Part shown: piece after piece, positions 11,713 through 23,179 of the stretch | Numbering within the stretch: the first letter of the stretch is position 1 | Layout: the number at the start of each line of letters is the position of its first letter | NCBI RefSeq assembly: GCF_001194135.2 | Contig: NC_068982.1 | Location: forward strand, 136,883,988-136,925,792 | DNA length: 41,805 nt | Direction of reading: 5' to 3' | DNA from: Octopus bimaculoides | Lineage: Eukaryota | Translations under genes and position numbers: made by a program | The notes under the pieces: generated by a model | Databases searched by the model: none | What the model was told of the DNA's origin: nothing | The model's input: the letters and a program-made list of their open reading frames with translations, nothing else

Positions 11713-12437
11713 TAAAATTTGAATACCATGGTGAGCATCGTAGAATAGAGATAAACTCAGTCTTCAACAAAGCTTCTATTCTCAACTGGGAATATTTCAC
11801 TTTTCATAAGCAGTTAATGTCGTTAAGAAACTCATAATTTTCACAACTTTGTACCTCTTTTAATATGTAGGCTTCCATACAATTTCGGCCTTCCATACAA
11901 TTCATACTTTCAGGTTCTATTCTGTTACCTATTATGTTAGATAAAAATAAATGTTTCTAATGTACGTTTTGGCTTCATTGTATGACATGATATTACTCCT
12001 TTTCAGCGTAATGTTTTGGTATAAATATATTATATATATATATATACCCAAGCCTATTCCCCATTTTTTAGGAGGAGATAGCCACAGCAAGACACACACC
12101 AGGCAATTAATTCATTTCTCAGCTCAAATGGTTTAAATATACTGAATGATGTCTACTATATTTAGAGTATTGTGGCGAGTACTATAAAGCATGAATTTGG
12201 TTCCTAAAACAAATGAGACTGTAATTCAGTTTCAGTCCTGAATTGAAGCCGTTTCACTATATATAAACCATTAATGTTCTTGAGAAACGCATAAGCATCG
12301 CAAATTGTATACGACGTTTCTAAGTTAGAGGATTTGTCATGTCTAATCTAAAATATATCAATGCACGGGAACCAACCTATACTGAAACAAGAGTGTTACC
12401 GTTGAACGAAGGATAAGTGTGTTATCTTTGAATGAGT

Positions 12438-12760
12438 GAAGGCGCGTGGCTTAGTGGTTAGGGCATTCGGCTCACGATCGTAAGGTCGTGAGTTCAATTT
12501 CCGGCGACGTGTTGTGTCCTTGAGCAAGACACTTTATTTCACGTTGCTCCAGTCCACTCAGCTGGCAAAAATGAGTAGTACCTGTATTTCAAAGGGCCAG
12601 CCTTGTCATACTCTGTGTTACGCTGAATCTCCCCGAGAACTACGCTAGGGGTGCACGTGTCTGTAGATTGCTCAGTCACTTGCACGTTAATTTCACGAGC
12701 AAGCTGTTCCGTTGATCGTATCAGCTGGGACCCTAGTCGATGTAACCGACGGAGTGCTCC
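12438..12760 (+). mobile_element. SINE family C (tRNA head + CORE-like domain), full length with TSD
   Basis: A box TGGCTTAGTGG, B box GAGTTCAATTTC, GTGTCCTTGAGCAAGACACTT..CAGTCCACTCAGCTG..AAATGAGTA; 13-bp TSD TTATCTTTGAATG at 12422-12434 and 12762-12774. Confidence 0.9.
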
Positions 12761-14343
12761 TTTATCTTTGAATGGATAAGAAGAGCAAAAATTGAGATAA
12801 ATAACGATACTCTTGTATCGAACTGTTTTCGAAAGTTTGATGGTTGGAAGAATCGCTACAACTTCGAACAACAAGCTTTGCAGTATTTGTTCCGGCTCCT
12901 TTTATATANNNNNNNNNNNNNNNNNNNNNNNNNNNNNNNNNNNNNNNNNNNNNNNNNNNNNNNNNNNNNNNNNNNNNNNNNNNNNNNNNNNNNNNNNNNN
13001 NNNNNNNNNNNNNNNNNNNNNNNNNNNNNNNNNNNNNNNNNNNNNNNNNNNNNNNNNNNNNNNNNNNNNNNNNNNNNNNNNNNNNNNNNNNNNNNNNNNN
13101 NNNNNNNNNNNNNNNNNNNNNNNNNNNNNNNNNNNNNNNNNNNNNNNNNNNNNNNNNNNNNNNNNNNNNNNNNNNNNNNNNNNNNNNNNNNNNNNNNNNN
13201 NNNNNNNNNNNNNNNNNNNNNNNNNNNNNNNNNNNNNNNNNNNNNNNNNNNNNNNNNNNNNNNNNNNNNNNNNNNNNNNNNNNNNNNNNNNNNNNNNNNN
13301 NNNNNNNNNNNNNNNNNNNNNNNNNNNNNNNNNNNNNNNNNNNNNNNNNNNNNNNNNNNNNNNNNNNNNNNNNNNNNNNNNNNNNNNNNNNNNNNNNNNN
13401 NNNNNNNNNNNNNNNNNNNNNNNNNNNNNNNNNNNNNNNNNNNNNNNNNNNNNNNNNNNNNNNNNNNNNNNNNATATATATATGCACAAAGCAGTGACAA
13501 TCAAACTGACAATTATTCGTATATATTTAAGACGTTCATTTCGGGATACTTGTCTCGGTGAGAACTTTCTTTTTACTGAATTTGTATGGATAAAACACGT
13601 CAATTTGGAGTTTGAACGCCGCTTGCAGATTGCCAGACAACTATTTTGATATGATTTCAATTCCTCAGCAATAGACTCCGTTTCGGTCGCTAATATACTA
13701 GTCGGAAATTCTGTTTCTCTCTATAAACACCAAAAGATATATCTTTTGATGCCTTTACTACGGCATTGTTAAACTATCGTTCGTTTAAGATAAGCGGCGT
13801 TCAAAATATCGAAGTTTGCATATATATCTAACGTGTTCCTGTGCACTAGAGCCCGAAAGGCGATCGCTATGACATACAGGTTTCAGCGTGAGTACGCATC
13901 CTCAGTGATTGATACCTTTTCAGTCGCACAAATATGATGTGTGTGCGCACGCGCGTGTGTATACCTCCGTCCGGCAAATTTTAAACGCATGAACCCAGTT
14001 CAATCAGCAATATTGTCTGTAACCTTTAAAACCAGGTCTATATAGTAAGGTGTCTCCCGTACTCTATCTCTCTGATTCTGCCCCTCTCTCTGCCTCTCTC
14101 TCTTCTTCTCACTCTCCCGCTCTCTGTGTATACACACATTTATGCATATATATGTGTGTATATATATATATATAGAAAGAGAGAAACAGGAAGATAGAAG
14201 ACAGAGAACTGACTTCCTTGCATGTTAAAAAATAGATGTTCGAATAAACATCTGCAATTTGCCTTGAAACGAAATAGCTGTAAAAGTTTATTTCCAAATT
14301 ACAGTGGGTTAACAGTGGACTATACATACATACATACATACAT

Positions 14344-14376
<33 letters not shown>

Positions 14377-14896
14377 NNNNNNNNNNNNNNNNNNNNNNNN
14401 NNNNNNNNNNNNNNNNNNNNNNNNNNNNNNNNNNNNNNNNNNNNNNNNNNNNNNNNNNNNNNNNNNNNNNNNNNNNNNNNNNNNNNNNNNNNNNNNNNNN
14501 NNNNNNNNNNNNNNNNNNNNNNNNNNNNNNNNNNNNNNNNNNNNNNNNNNNNNNNNNNNNNNNNNNNNNNNNNNNNNNNNNNNNNNNNNNNNNNNNNNNN
14601 NNNNNNNNNNNNNNNNNNNNNNNNNNNNNNNNNNNNNNNNNNNNNNNNNNNNNNNNNNNNNNNNNNNNNNNNNNNNNNNNNNNNNNNNNNNNNNNNNNNN
14701 NNNNNNNNNNNNNNNNNNNNNNNNNNNNNNNNNNNNNNNNNNNNNNNNNNNNNNNNNNNNNNNNNNNNNNNNNNNNNNNNNNNNNNNNNNNNNNNNNNNN
14801 NNNNNNNNNNNNNNNNNNNNNNNNNNNNNNNNNNNNNNNNNNNNNNNNNNNNNNNNNNNNNNNNNNNNNNNNNNNNNNNNNNNNNNNNNNNNNNNN

Positions 14897-14947
<51 letters not shown>

Positions 14948-15543
14948 ATATGTGTGTGTCTATTAGCGGATGTATATAACTATCACGCATGTATCTAGAT
15001 CAGCCATTGTCAAAATTCTTCACTTGGAGGCATACAGGAGGTGATATAAAAACATACTCAACAACTTTTCCTGGAATATTTAGAACTATGACTACCAAAT
15101 GGTGTCTAAAATTTTGGAAATAAACATGTGCATATATGTGTAGAAAAGGTGCATGCGTGCGTATATATGCATAGATAGATACATACCCACATACATATAG
15201 CTATATGTGTGTGTGTGTGTCTGTGTGTGTGTATCTAGGTTATGAGAGGTAATGGTGTCAAGAAGTCCTAAAGGTGTCAGGTAATGCTGAGTAAGTGCTA
15301 TGGACAGACTATAGTTAAGCTCCAGGTTTCGATAATGATACGAATAAAGAGTTCACTGTAGGTGATGCATATATATAAAAATTAACAGAATGAGATAGAA
15401 AAAGAATCTAAGGCTGTGTTAGCACTCCGTATTTCTTATCTTCTCTATAACAACTATTGCTTAACCGTCTCTGATGAAGAGATATATAAAATATCCCGGA
15501 AATGTTCTGAAATCTTTTATAGCCTTGGATATTTTTTTATCTC

Positions 15544-15771
15544 ATTTTACTCTTTTACTCTTTTACTTGTTTCAGTCATTTGACTGCGGCCATACTGGGG
15601 CACCACCTTTAGTCGAGCAAATCGACCCCAGGACTTATTCTTTGTAAGCCTAGTACTTATTCTATTGGTTCTCTTTTGCCGAACCGCTAAGTTACGGCAC
15701 TTAAACACACCAGCATCGGTTGTCAAGCGATGTTGGGGGTACAAACACAGACACATAAACATATACACACG

Positions 15772-15775
<4 letters not shown>
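15544..15775 (-). mobile_element. SINE family A, 3' half (5' half probably in the gap)
   Basis: Near-identical to the reverse complement of 26940-27152. Confidence 0.9.
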
Positions 15776-15837
<62 letters not shown>

Positions 15838-16206
15838 NNNNNNNNNNNNNNNNNNNNNNNNNNNNNNNNNNNNNNNNNNNNNNNNNNNNNNNNNNNNNNN
15901 NNNNNNNNNNNNNNNNNNNNNNNNNNNNNNNNNNNNNNNNNNNNNNNNNNNNNNNNNNNNNNNNNNNNNNNNNNNNNNNNNNNNNNNNNNNNNNNNNNNN
16001 NNNNNNNNNNNNNNNNNNNNNNNNNNNNNNNNNNNNNNNNNNNNNNNNNNNNNNNNNNNNNNNNNNNNNNNNNNNNNNNNNNNNNNNNNNNNNNNNNNNN
16101 NNNNNNNNNNNNNNNNNNNNNNNNNNNNNNNNNNNNNNNNNNNNNNNNNNNNNNNNNNNNNNNNNNNNNNNNNNNNNNNNNNNNNNNNNNNNNNNNNNNN
16201 NNNNNN

Positions 16207-16310
16207 ATATACGCGTTTGTTAATTATATATATATATATATATATATACGCGTTTGTTAATTATATATATATATATACGCGTTTGTTAATTATATATATA
16301 TATATATATA
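16207..16310. repeat. Compound minisatellite ACGCGTTTGTTAAT(TA)n, three copies
   Basis: Three exact copies of TACGCGTTTGTTAATTA separated by TA runs of different length; abuts a gap. Confidence 0.9.
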
Positions 16311-16936
16311 CATATGAGCTATTGCTTATTTTGGCTCATTAACTATGTGCCTGGAAAATTATGTGTAATGCAGTTTTCAAAACGTTCAACCATTAATATG
16401 GATTCTTTCTTAAGCCTTAAATTATCATTCTTTTTAAATCTGGGTCGCACATAAAACTAGCATCGCTCCAATATTCCTCGAAGTACTTTTTAGAAAGCAC
16501 TGATTTACATATATAAATACACTCTGAGATATGTAAATAAACTTTTAATGCATGAATGAAGATAATTGTGCTATGCTATTATAAATGTAGTTAAAGATGT
16601 CCCTGGATTAATTCCATTTAAAATAGACTTTTTATTTTGATATGATGAATATGAAGCAATAAGTTATGTTCTGAATCATTAGGAGTGAATTACATTAATT
16701 ACTGAAGCGTGGCTTCATTTTGTAGTTGAAATGTTCTGTCATTCAGATCAGTGAAGTGTTGACAATGAATTCTATTCTAAAATTAAAACGAGTGATAAAT
16801 TAAATATGCGTGTGTATAATATACATATGTATATTTAAACACATATACACACATATGTGAGTGTATGTATGTGTATATACATACATACATATTATATATA
16901 CATATATATAGATATAGATAAACACATATATATACG

Positions 16937-16968
<32 letters not shown>

Positions 16969-17437
16969 AAGAACACATTTATGTTTGTATGCATGTGTAT
17001 TTTCGTTTCTGTGTGTTAGAGGAGGTAATAAATACATATGTGCAGCTTCCAGTGAACTGCAAAGAAGATATTCCACACTGAAAGTGCTTAATGAATATGA
17101 AACTTCTGTGGGTGCATGTGTGTATGTGTGTTGGTGCTTGTGTATTTTGTGTGTGTGTGTGTGTGTGTGTGTGGGCCTTTGCCTGTAATCCTATAATAAA
17201 TTAGTTCAGTTGTACTTTATTTATGTGGTGATACTTAGTCAACTTAGCCGATCCTCTTTTTTAAGGTGACTGATGTTATGTTGATGAAACATTTCTAGTC
17301 GTCACAGAATCTGTAGGCATTTATGCAATGTGTATATTCATTGCTAATTTTCAGTATCGATCTCGAAATATTAAAATTTCCACTACCTTATCTTATAATT
17401 AACCACATAGCTCGTTAACGCTATATTTCTTTTTCCT

Positions 17438-17740
17438 GTGAAGGCGTGTGTCTTAGTGGTTGGGAGTATGGTATTCGGCTCATGATTGTAAAGTTGTGAG
17501 TTCGATCCCCAGCTTCGCATTCTGTCCTTAAGCAAGACACTTTATTATACGTTGCTCCAGTCCACTCAGCTGGCAAAAACGAGTTGTAATTCTAATTCAA
17601 AGTACCAGCTTTGTCACACTCTGTGCCACGCATTATCTCCCTTAGAACTACGTCAAGTGTACGTGTGTCTGTAAAGTGCTCAGCCACTTTCACGTTAACT
17701 CCACGAGCAGGTTCTTCCCTCGATTACATCAACTGTAACA
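17438..17740 (+). mobile_element. SINE family C
   Basis: Colinear with 12438-12760. Confidence 0.88.
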
Positions 17741-17867
17741 TATATCATCACAACAGACGAAGTGTCAGTTTAGTTCTTTTTTTTTTTTCCTATATGGCTA
17801 AAGTTTTATTCACTCATTCCGATATATGTTAGATAGTTGCATATCAAGAGGGACTGATATGGTAGTT

Positions 17868-18023
17868 CTATTAGGATAGTTTTCCCTTTCGTGAGCCATT
17901 CAGGCATTGTCTCTGGCTCTGCTAGTATGTTGTTAACGTTTTCAGCCAGCTCTTTGTGTATTGCTGTCAGATATTTTAACCAGAAGTTGAGGATCTTGTC
18001 GTGCCCAGGTGCCTTCCAGCTGC
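17868..18023 (-). mobile_element. R4/Dong-type (restriction-endonuclease clade) non-LTR reverse transcriptase fragment
   Basis: Uninterrupted SWKAPGHDKILNFWLKYLTAIHKELAENVNNILAEPETMPEWLTKGKTILI, matching the WKAPG.D.I.NFWLK / P.WLT.G.T.LI pattern just upstream of the RT core in this clade. Confidence 0.8.
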
Positions 18024-18089
<66 letters not shown>

Positions 18090-18115
18090 GTTGTTGTTGT
18101 TGTTGTTGTTGTTGT
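18023..18115. repeat. (ATT)n(GTT)n microsatellite
   Basis: Direct reading. Confidence 0.95.
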
Positions 18116-18469
18116 TTTTTCTTCTTTCTTCAGATTTTCTTCCATTTCTCGCCGAGTGTTTTCCGTACACCTGGGGCAGAGAAACTCATTGTATGCATTC
18201 CCAGTTTACACACGCATATTCACAGGTAAAATATGTATTAAAAAAAANNNNNNNNNNNNNNNTGTTTTCACAGCGATAATGCCTTTCTCAGTACATGAGT
18301 CGTTCCATTTTACACGATTTTTTGCACTTCCTGTAGGGATGGTAAGCCTGGTATCATTTTTAAATAGGTTTCAGTACCTTTTTTTTATCATTCCTAGAGA
18401 TCCTCATGTCAATTAATAAACACATCTTCTTTGTCTGATCTTTTATAATAATATCCGGTTTATTAGCTT

Positions 18470-18478
18470 TTATTTATT

Positions 18479-18549
<71 letters not shown>
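18470..18549. repeat. (TTA)n microsatellite, possibly a retroelement 3' tail
   Basis: Direct reading; adjacent small stem-loop GTTTCA-GTA-TGAAAC. Confidence 0.9.
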
Positions 18550-18551
<2 letters not shown>

Positions 18552-19443
18552 GTCAGTTTCAGTATGAAACCGATGAAAGAGGCTCTGTATTGTTATACGG
18601 CATGCTAGAACCCATAACCAAACCACATCCTACGATCTTAAATTTAAAAAAAATGAACACATATACAATAACAAAGTCTAAGATACGCACACAAAGTGCA
18701 AGATGTGTCATGTCTAGAAAAACGTGTGATGGCCATAGTTGTAGTGCATTTATAAATACATTACTAAACATTGACCATAACAGAAGATTTTTCTACGTTG
18801 TTAAATCGCTTTTCTTGTAGAATCGTCTTTGTAAAGATTTGTTGTCAAGAAAAATGACATTTCTTCCTATAGTGTTGAAAGATTAAAATAATAATTTCTC
18901 CCTAACGTGAAGAAATAACTGAGATAATCATCGCGTTGTCATAGATTTCTACGTTTTATGTTTTCTATAACAATTTTATTGCTCTGAGTTAATCTGGTAA
19001 CCAATTAGCAATTTTAAAGAAGAAAGAATATTACCAAGTATTATTTGTAAGACAGGGAAAAAAATAATCGTAAATTATTTTCCAACATAAGGAAATTTGT
19101 ATATTCTTAACCAATTATCACATTTGAAGAAGAGAAAATGTTATCAAATATCATTCGGAAAGAAGAAAGAGAAAAACTTCTTTGAATCTTTTTTTAATAT
19201 GAAAGATTTGTATATTTTTCATGGTAAATTTTTAGTGCTTTCGTACCCGTTATTTTCAAAGTTGATAGATATTATTTCATACAGATTTCTGACTATAAAC
19301 TACGTTTTCCTGGTTTTAGAATAAATCCATGCACATGAATGTTTCTGTGGATTGTATGACGTCACTAAAAGGGATGGCGATAGAAAGCGCTTTCATCTGC
19401 AAAGTCTCCGTCAACCTTTGCAATTGAAAAATTGGACGTTAAA

Positions 19444-19458
19444 TGACGATGATGATGT

Positions 19459-19515
<57 letters not shown>

Positions 19516-19565
19516 CGACGATGACGGCGATGATTATGATGATGATGATGGTGGTGGTGGTGGTG

Positions 19566-19621
<56 letters not shown>

Positions 19622-19673
19622 GGTGATGATGATGATGATGAAGAAGATGAAAATGATGATGATGATGATGATG
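19444..19673. repeat. Compound (GAT)n/(GGT)n trinucleotide array
   Basis: Direct reading. Confidence 0.95.
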
Positions 19674-20096
19674 AAATAGCCCGAAATCAGACTGGTATGC
19701 TGGTCTCGTTGCTAGAATGTAGTAGGGGTTCGCTCCCCTGCTGGCAATATATCGGATGCAGATGTTGTGCATCGTTAACGAGATGTCCTCTTGGCGATAA
19801 AAAAATGGCAGTAAAGTCCGTTCGAACGGAACAGTCATGTTGAAGTGGCTACGAACATTACTTGCTAATACAACTACTGCGTTCATCTCTTAGAGAGATT
19901 TTAGAACTAGCCTTTTTGTTGATATGTATATATACATACATATATATATATATANNNNNNNNNNNNNNNNNNNNNNNNNATAACATAATATGGTAAAAAT
20001 TCGATATTAATTAATATCAATTTAATACCAGGAAACTAGCACATTAAAAGAATCAGAAGGTTCAGGAAAAATTTTTTCGAGATCCTAATATTATAG

Positions 20097-20180
20097 TACT
20101 TGTGTATATAAGATTGACCAGTAACCGGTCTTCTAGCATATTGACAGACCGGTTACTGGTCAATCTTATATACACAAGTA
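20097..20180. repeat. Perfect inverted repeat, 35-bp arms, 14-nt loop
   Basis: 20097-20131 is the exact reverse complement of 20146-20180. Confidence 0.95.
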
Positions 20181-20181
20181 T

Positions 20182-20228
<47 letters not shown>

Positions 20229-20346
20229 TGAACAAATTTAGTAGTGTATCAGAATACAGCTTGCTATAAATAGAGCTGTCGCTCCAAAACCACAAATTTC
20301 TCACTAAGAAATTACACAGGGCGAGTGCAACGAATATAACAGAAAT

Positions 20347-20516
20347 AGGCTTACCTTGTATGCACTACAGAACCAAGGAATATTGATATTCCGGGACGAA
20401 TTGATTTTGCAGTAAGTCTAGCTGATGAGTTTTAAGTATATTCATACAAAAAGCGAAATCAATTGATCCCGGAATATCTGTATTCCTTACCTCTGTAGTT
20501 CATACAAGGGAAGCCT
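20347..20516. mobile_element. Foldback/MITE-like element, 64-bp imperfect arms, 42-nt spacer
   Basis: 20347-20410 versus 20453-20516: 54/64 complementary by my count; no clean TSD. Confidence 0.7.
20417..20473 (+). ncRNA. Type I hammerhead ribozyme motif (minimal, palindromic helix III)
   Basis: CUGAUGA (20422-28); helix II G29-C54 with 9 pairs and an AA/AA loop; GAA (55-57); helix III AUC/GAU around AAUU; cleavage triplet AUC (C20468); helix I 4 of 5 pairs with one A.C mismatch. Confidence 0.65.
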
Positions 20517-20519
20517 GTA

Positions 20520-20645
20520 GCCCATCTTTTATACCAAGACAAAACAATGTACATGATAACACATCCAATCAATTAAGATCAGACGCCATGAGATCCACTG
20601 CCTAGTATTGCATCCAGGCATTTTATTATTATTATTATTATTATT
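20520..20645 (+). mobile_element. Probable LINE 3' end with (ATT)n tail
   Basis: Non-coding block ending abruptly in an ATT array; family assignment not established. Confidence 0.4.
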
Positions 20646-20685
20646 GAGTGAGAGAGCAGTGCATAATACCTTATTTAATTTTGTT

Positions 20686-20756
<71 letters not shown>

Positions 20757-21491
20757 NNNNNNNNNNNNNNNNNNNNNNNNNNNNNNNNNNNNNNNNNNNN
20801 NNNNNNNNNNNNNNNNNNNNNNNNNNNNNNNNNNNNNNNNNNNNNNNNNNNNNNNNNNNNNNNNNNNNNNNNNNNNNNNNNNNNNNNNNNNNNNNNNNNN
20901 NNNNNNNNNNNNNNNNNNNNNNNNNNNNNNNNNNNNNNNNNNNNNNNNNNNNNNNNNNNNNNNNNNNNNNNNNNNNNNNNNNNNNNNNNNNNNNNNNNNN
21001 NNNNNNNNNNNNNNNNNNNNNNNNNNNNNNNNNNNNNNNNNNNNNNNNNNNNNNNNNNNNNNNNNNNNNNNNNNNNNNNNNNNNNNNNNNNNNNNNNNNN
21101 NNNNNNNNNNNNNNNNNNNNNNNNNNNNNNNNNNNNNNNNNNNNNNNNNNNNNNNNNNNNNNNNNNNNNNNNNNNNNNNNNNNNNNNNNNNNNNNNNNNN
21201 NNNNNNNNNNNNNNNNNNNNNNNNNNNNNNNNNNNNNNNNNNNNNNNNNNNNNNNNNNNNNNNNNNNNNNNNNNNNNNNNNNNNNNNNNNNNNNNNNNNN
21301 NNNNNNNNNNNNNNNNNNNNNNNNNNNNNNNNNNNNNNNNNNNNNNNNNNNNNNNNNNNNNNNNNNNNNNNNNNNNNNNNNNNNNNNNNNNNNNNNNNNN
21401 NNNNNNNNNNNNNNNNNNNNNNNNNNNNNNNNNNNNNNNNNNNNNNNNNNNNNNNNNNNNNNNNNNNNNNNNNNNNNNNNNNNNNNNNNNN

Positions 21492-21733
21492 TGTGTGTGT
21501 GTGTGTGTGTGTTTGTGTATATGTTTGTGTGTCTGTGTTTGTCCCCCCAACATCGCTTGACAACTGTTGCTGGTGTGTTTACGTCCCCGTAACTTAGCTG
21601 TTCGGCAAAAGAGACTGATATAATAAGTACTAGGCTTCCAAAGAATAAGTCCCGGGGTCGACTTGCTCGACTAAAGGCGGTGCTCCAGCATGATCGCAGT
21701 CAAATGATTGAAACAAGTAAAAGAGTCAAAGAG
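21492..21733 (+). mobile_element. SINE family A, 3' half
   Basis: TGTCCCCCCAACATCGCTTGACAAC..GAAACAAGTAAAAGAG. Confidence 0.9.
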
Positions 21734-23179
21734 TACGTGTCCACACCTAAGTACTGGGTCAATTTTTTTTTCATTTTAACATACCGTTCGTGGCGGTGTC
21801 ACAGTGTGATTGCAATCTAAAAACTCAAACAGAATAAAAGAGAAAACAAATATTGGACAGATTGTGATGAGCATAAGCTCATCAATTTTCTAAACATTAT
21901 CTGTGACATTGATTTTCTTGACTAATTGGTGATCAAAGAGCTGCATAATACTCTATTGGATATCAATTATACGTGTACATTATCATCACCGATGATATCA
22001 TCATTGAGTTAATAATCAGTATTTTTGCATTTTGTTACTTCTTTTGAACGTGTATTTATGCTAATTGTTAGACTATTTGATGAGCAAAGTGTGGAGAGAA
22101 TTCTGCAATTTTATAGATACGCATACTAATTAAACATACATTGACACACATACACATTCTCACACACATGCACATATATTTATATTTGTATATGTGTATG
22201 TGTAAGTTGTGTGTATGTATATGCTTTGTGTGTGTGTGTGTGTGCGTGTGTGTGTGTGTGTGTGTGTGCGTGCGCGCGCGCGTGTGTGTGTACCGCATTC
22301 TTTATTTTTATCGGTTTTGCTATTCTTATTATTAAAATCGTCTGTGTTTGGATCCGCCGTTAATTGTCCGATGTCGCCAAGCAGGTCATAATAAAGATTA
22401 AAATGAAGCTGGGCGGAATATGCTTTGAAATATAGGATCTGTTTAACTGTTTTATTTTTTGATTTTGATTGACTTAAATCATATCTGACACATAGCATGT
22501 CCAGAGATTCGTTGATGAAGGATTGTGTACATTTGGTCTATTTGCATGCTGTTGATACACCCATGAAGGGATATGAATTTATCCTGTCTCGTAGATTTTT
22601 TTTCATGAGTTCATTGTATTTCAGATCAGGATGTCTGATGAAGTGAATGAATAGTAATATTCTTACACGCTGCGTATTTGCATGTATTACATATTTTAAT
22701 ATGGAGTATGGAATAAACAAAGTTCGTTCACGGAAACGTTCGTAACATTGACTTGACTTCCTTTTTTCTTCAATTAAATTAATTATTATTAAGTTTGTGA
22801 AGTTTATAGCATGTCTTCTGCATCATGACTTGGATTCGTAAAGTGTGCCTTTTTTTTATAATTTATTGACCGACCTTTCTTTGGTTACTGGAATAATACG
22901 CTAGCCAGGTTCCTACACGAAGTGCTGACGAGGTGAACACATGGATTGTACTTATACCCCCAATTATTGTATAAGGTATGTGTACGAGTGTGCGTGTGTG
23001 TGAGTTTATGTGGGAGTACGTGTGTGTTTGTTGTGTGTGTGTGTGTGTGTGTGCACGTTGGTGAACAAACAAAAGAAAAAATAACGCGTTTAGTTGAAGT
23101 TGTATTTGATAAAATGATTTAACTGTACATTATTTACAGTTTTGTAGATGTAAAACACGTCTGTATCCTTGGATGTATA

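Noticed and set aside
11421-11738. 105-aa minus ORF and an apparent plus-strand exon ending ATG|GTGAGC
   Set aside because: The interval aligns to a decayed family C SINE.
12438-12520. tRNA gene calls for SINE heads (here and at other copies)
   Set aside because: A and B boxes are present, but there is no full cloverleaf and each continues into a SINE body.
12539-12874. 111-aa minus ORF
   Set aside because: Antisense reading of the family C SINE at 12438-12760.
15465-15515. CTGATGAAG..helix..GGAAA hammerhead-like motif
   Set aside because: Helix II is plausible, but helix III and helix I cannot form; at most a dead remnant.
19358-19365. Perfect CRE site TGACGTCA
   Set aside because: A single 8-mer is near chance expectation in a window this size; no supporting promoter evidence.
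22290-22391. Signal-peptide-like stretch LFLSVLLFLLLKSSVFGSAVNCP, and an open antisense frame
   Set aside because: No nearby ATG outside the microsatellite, no acceptor AG, and weak donors on both strands.
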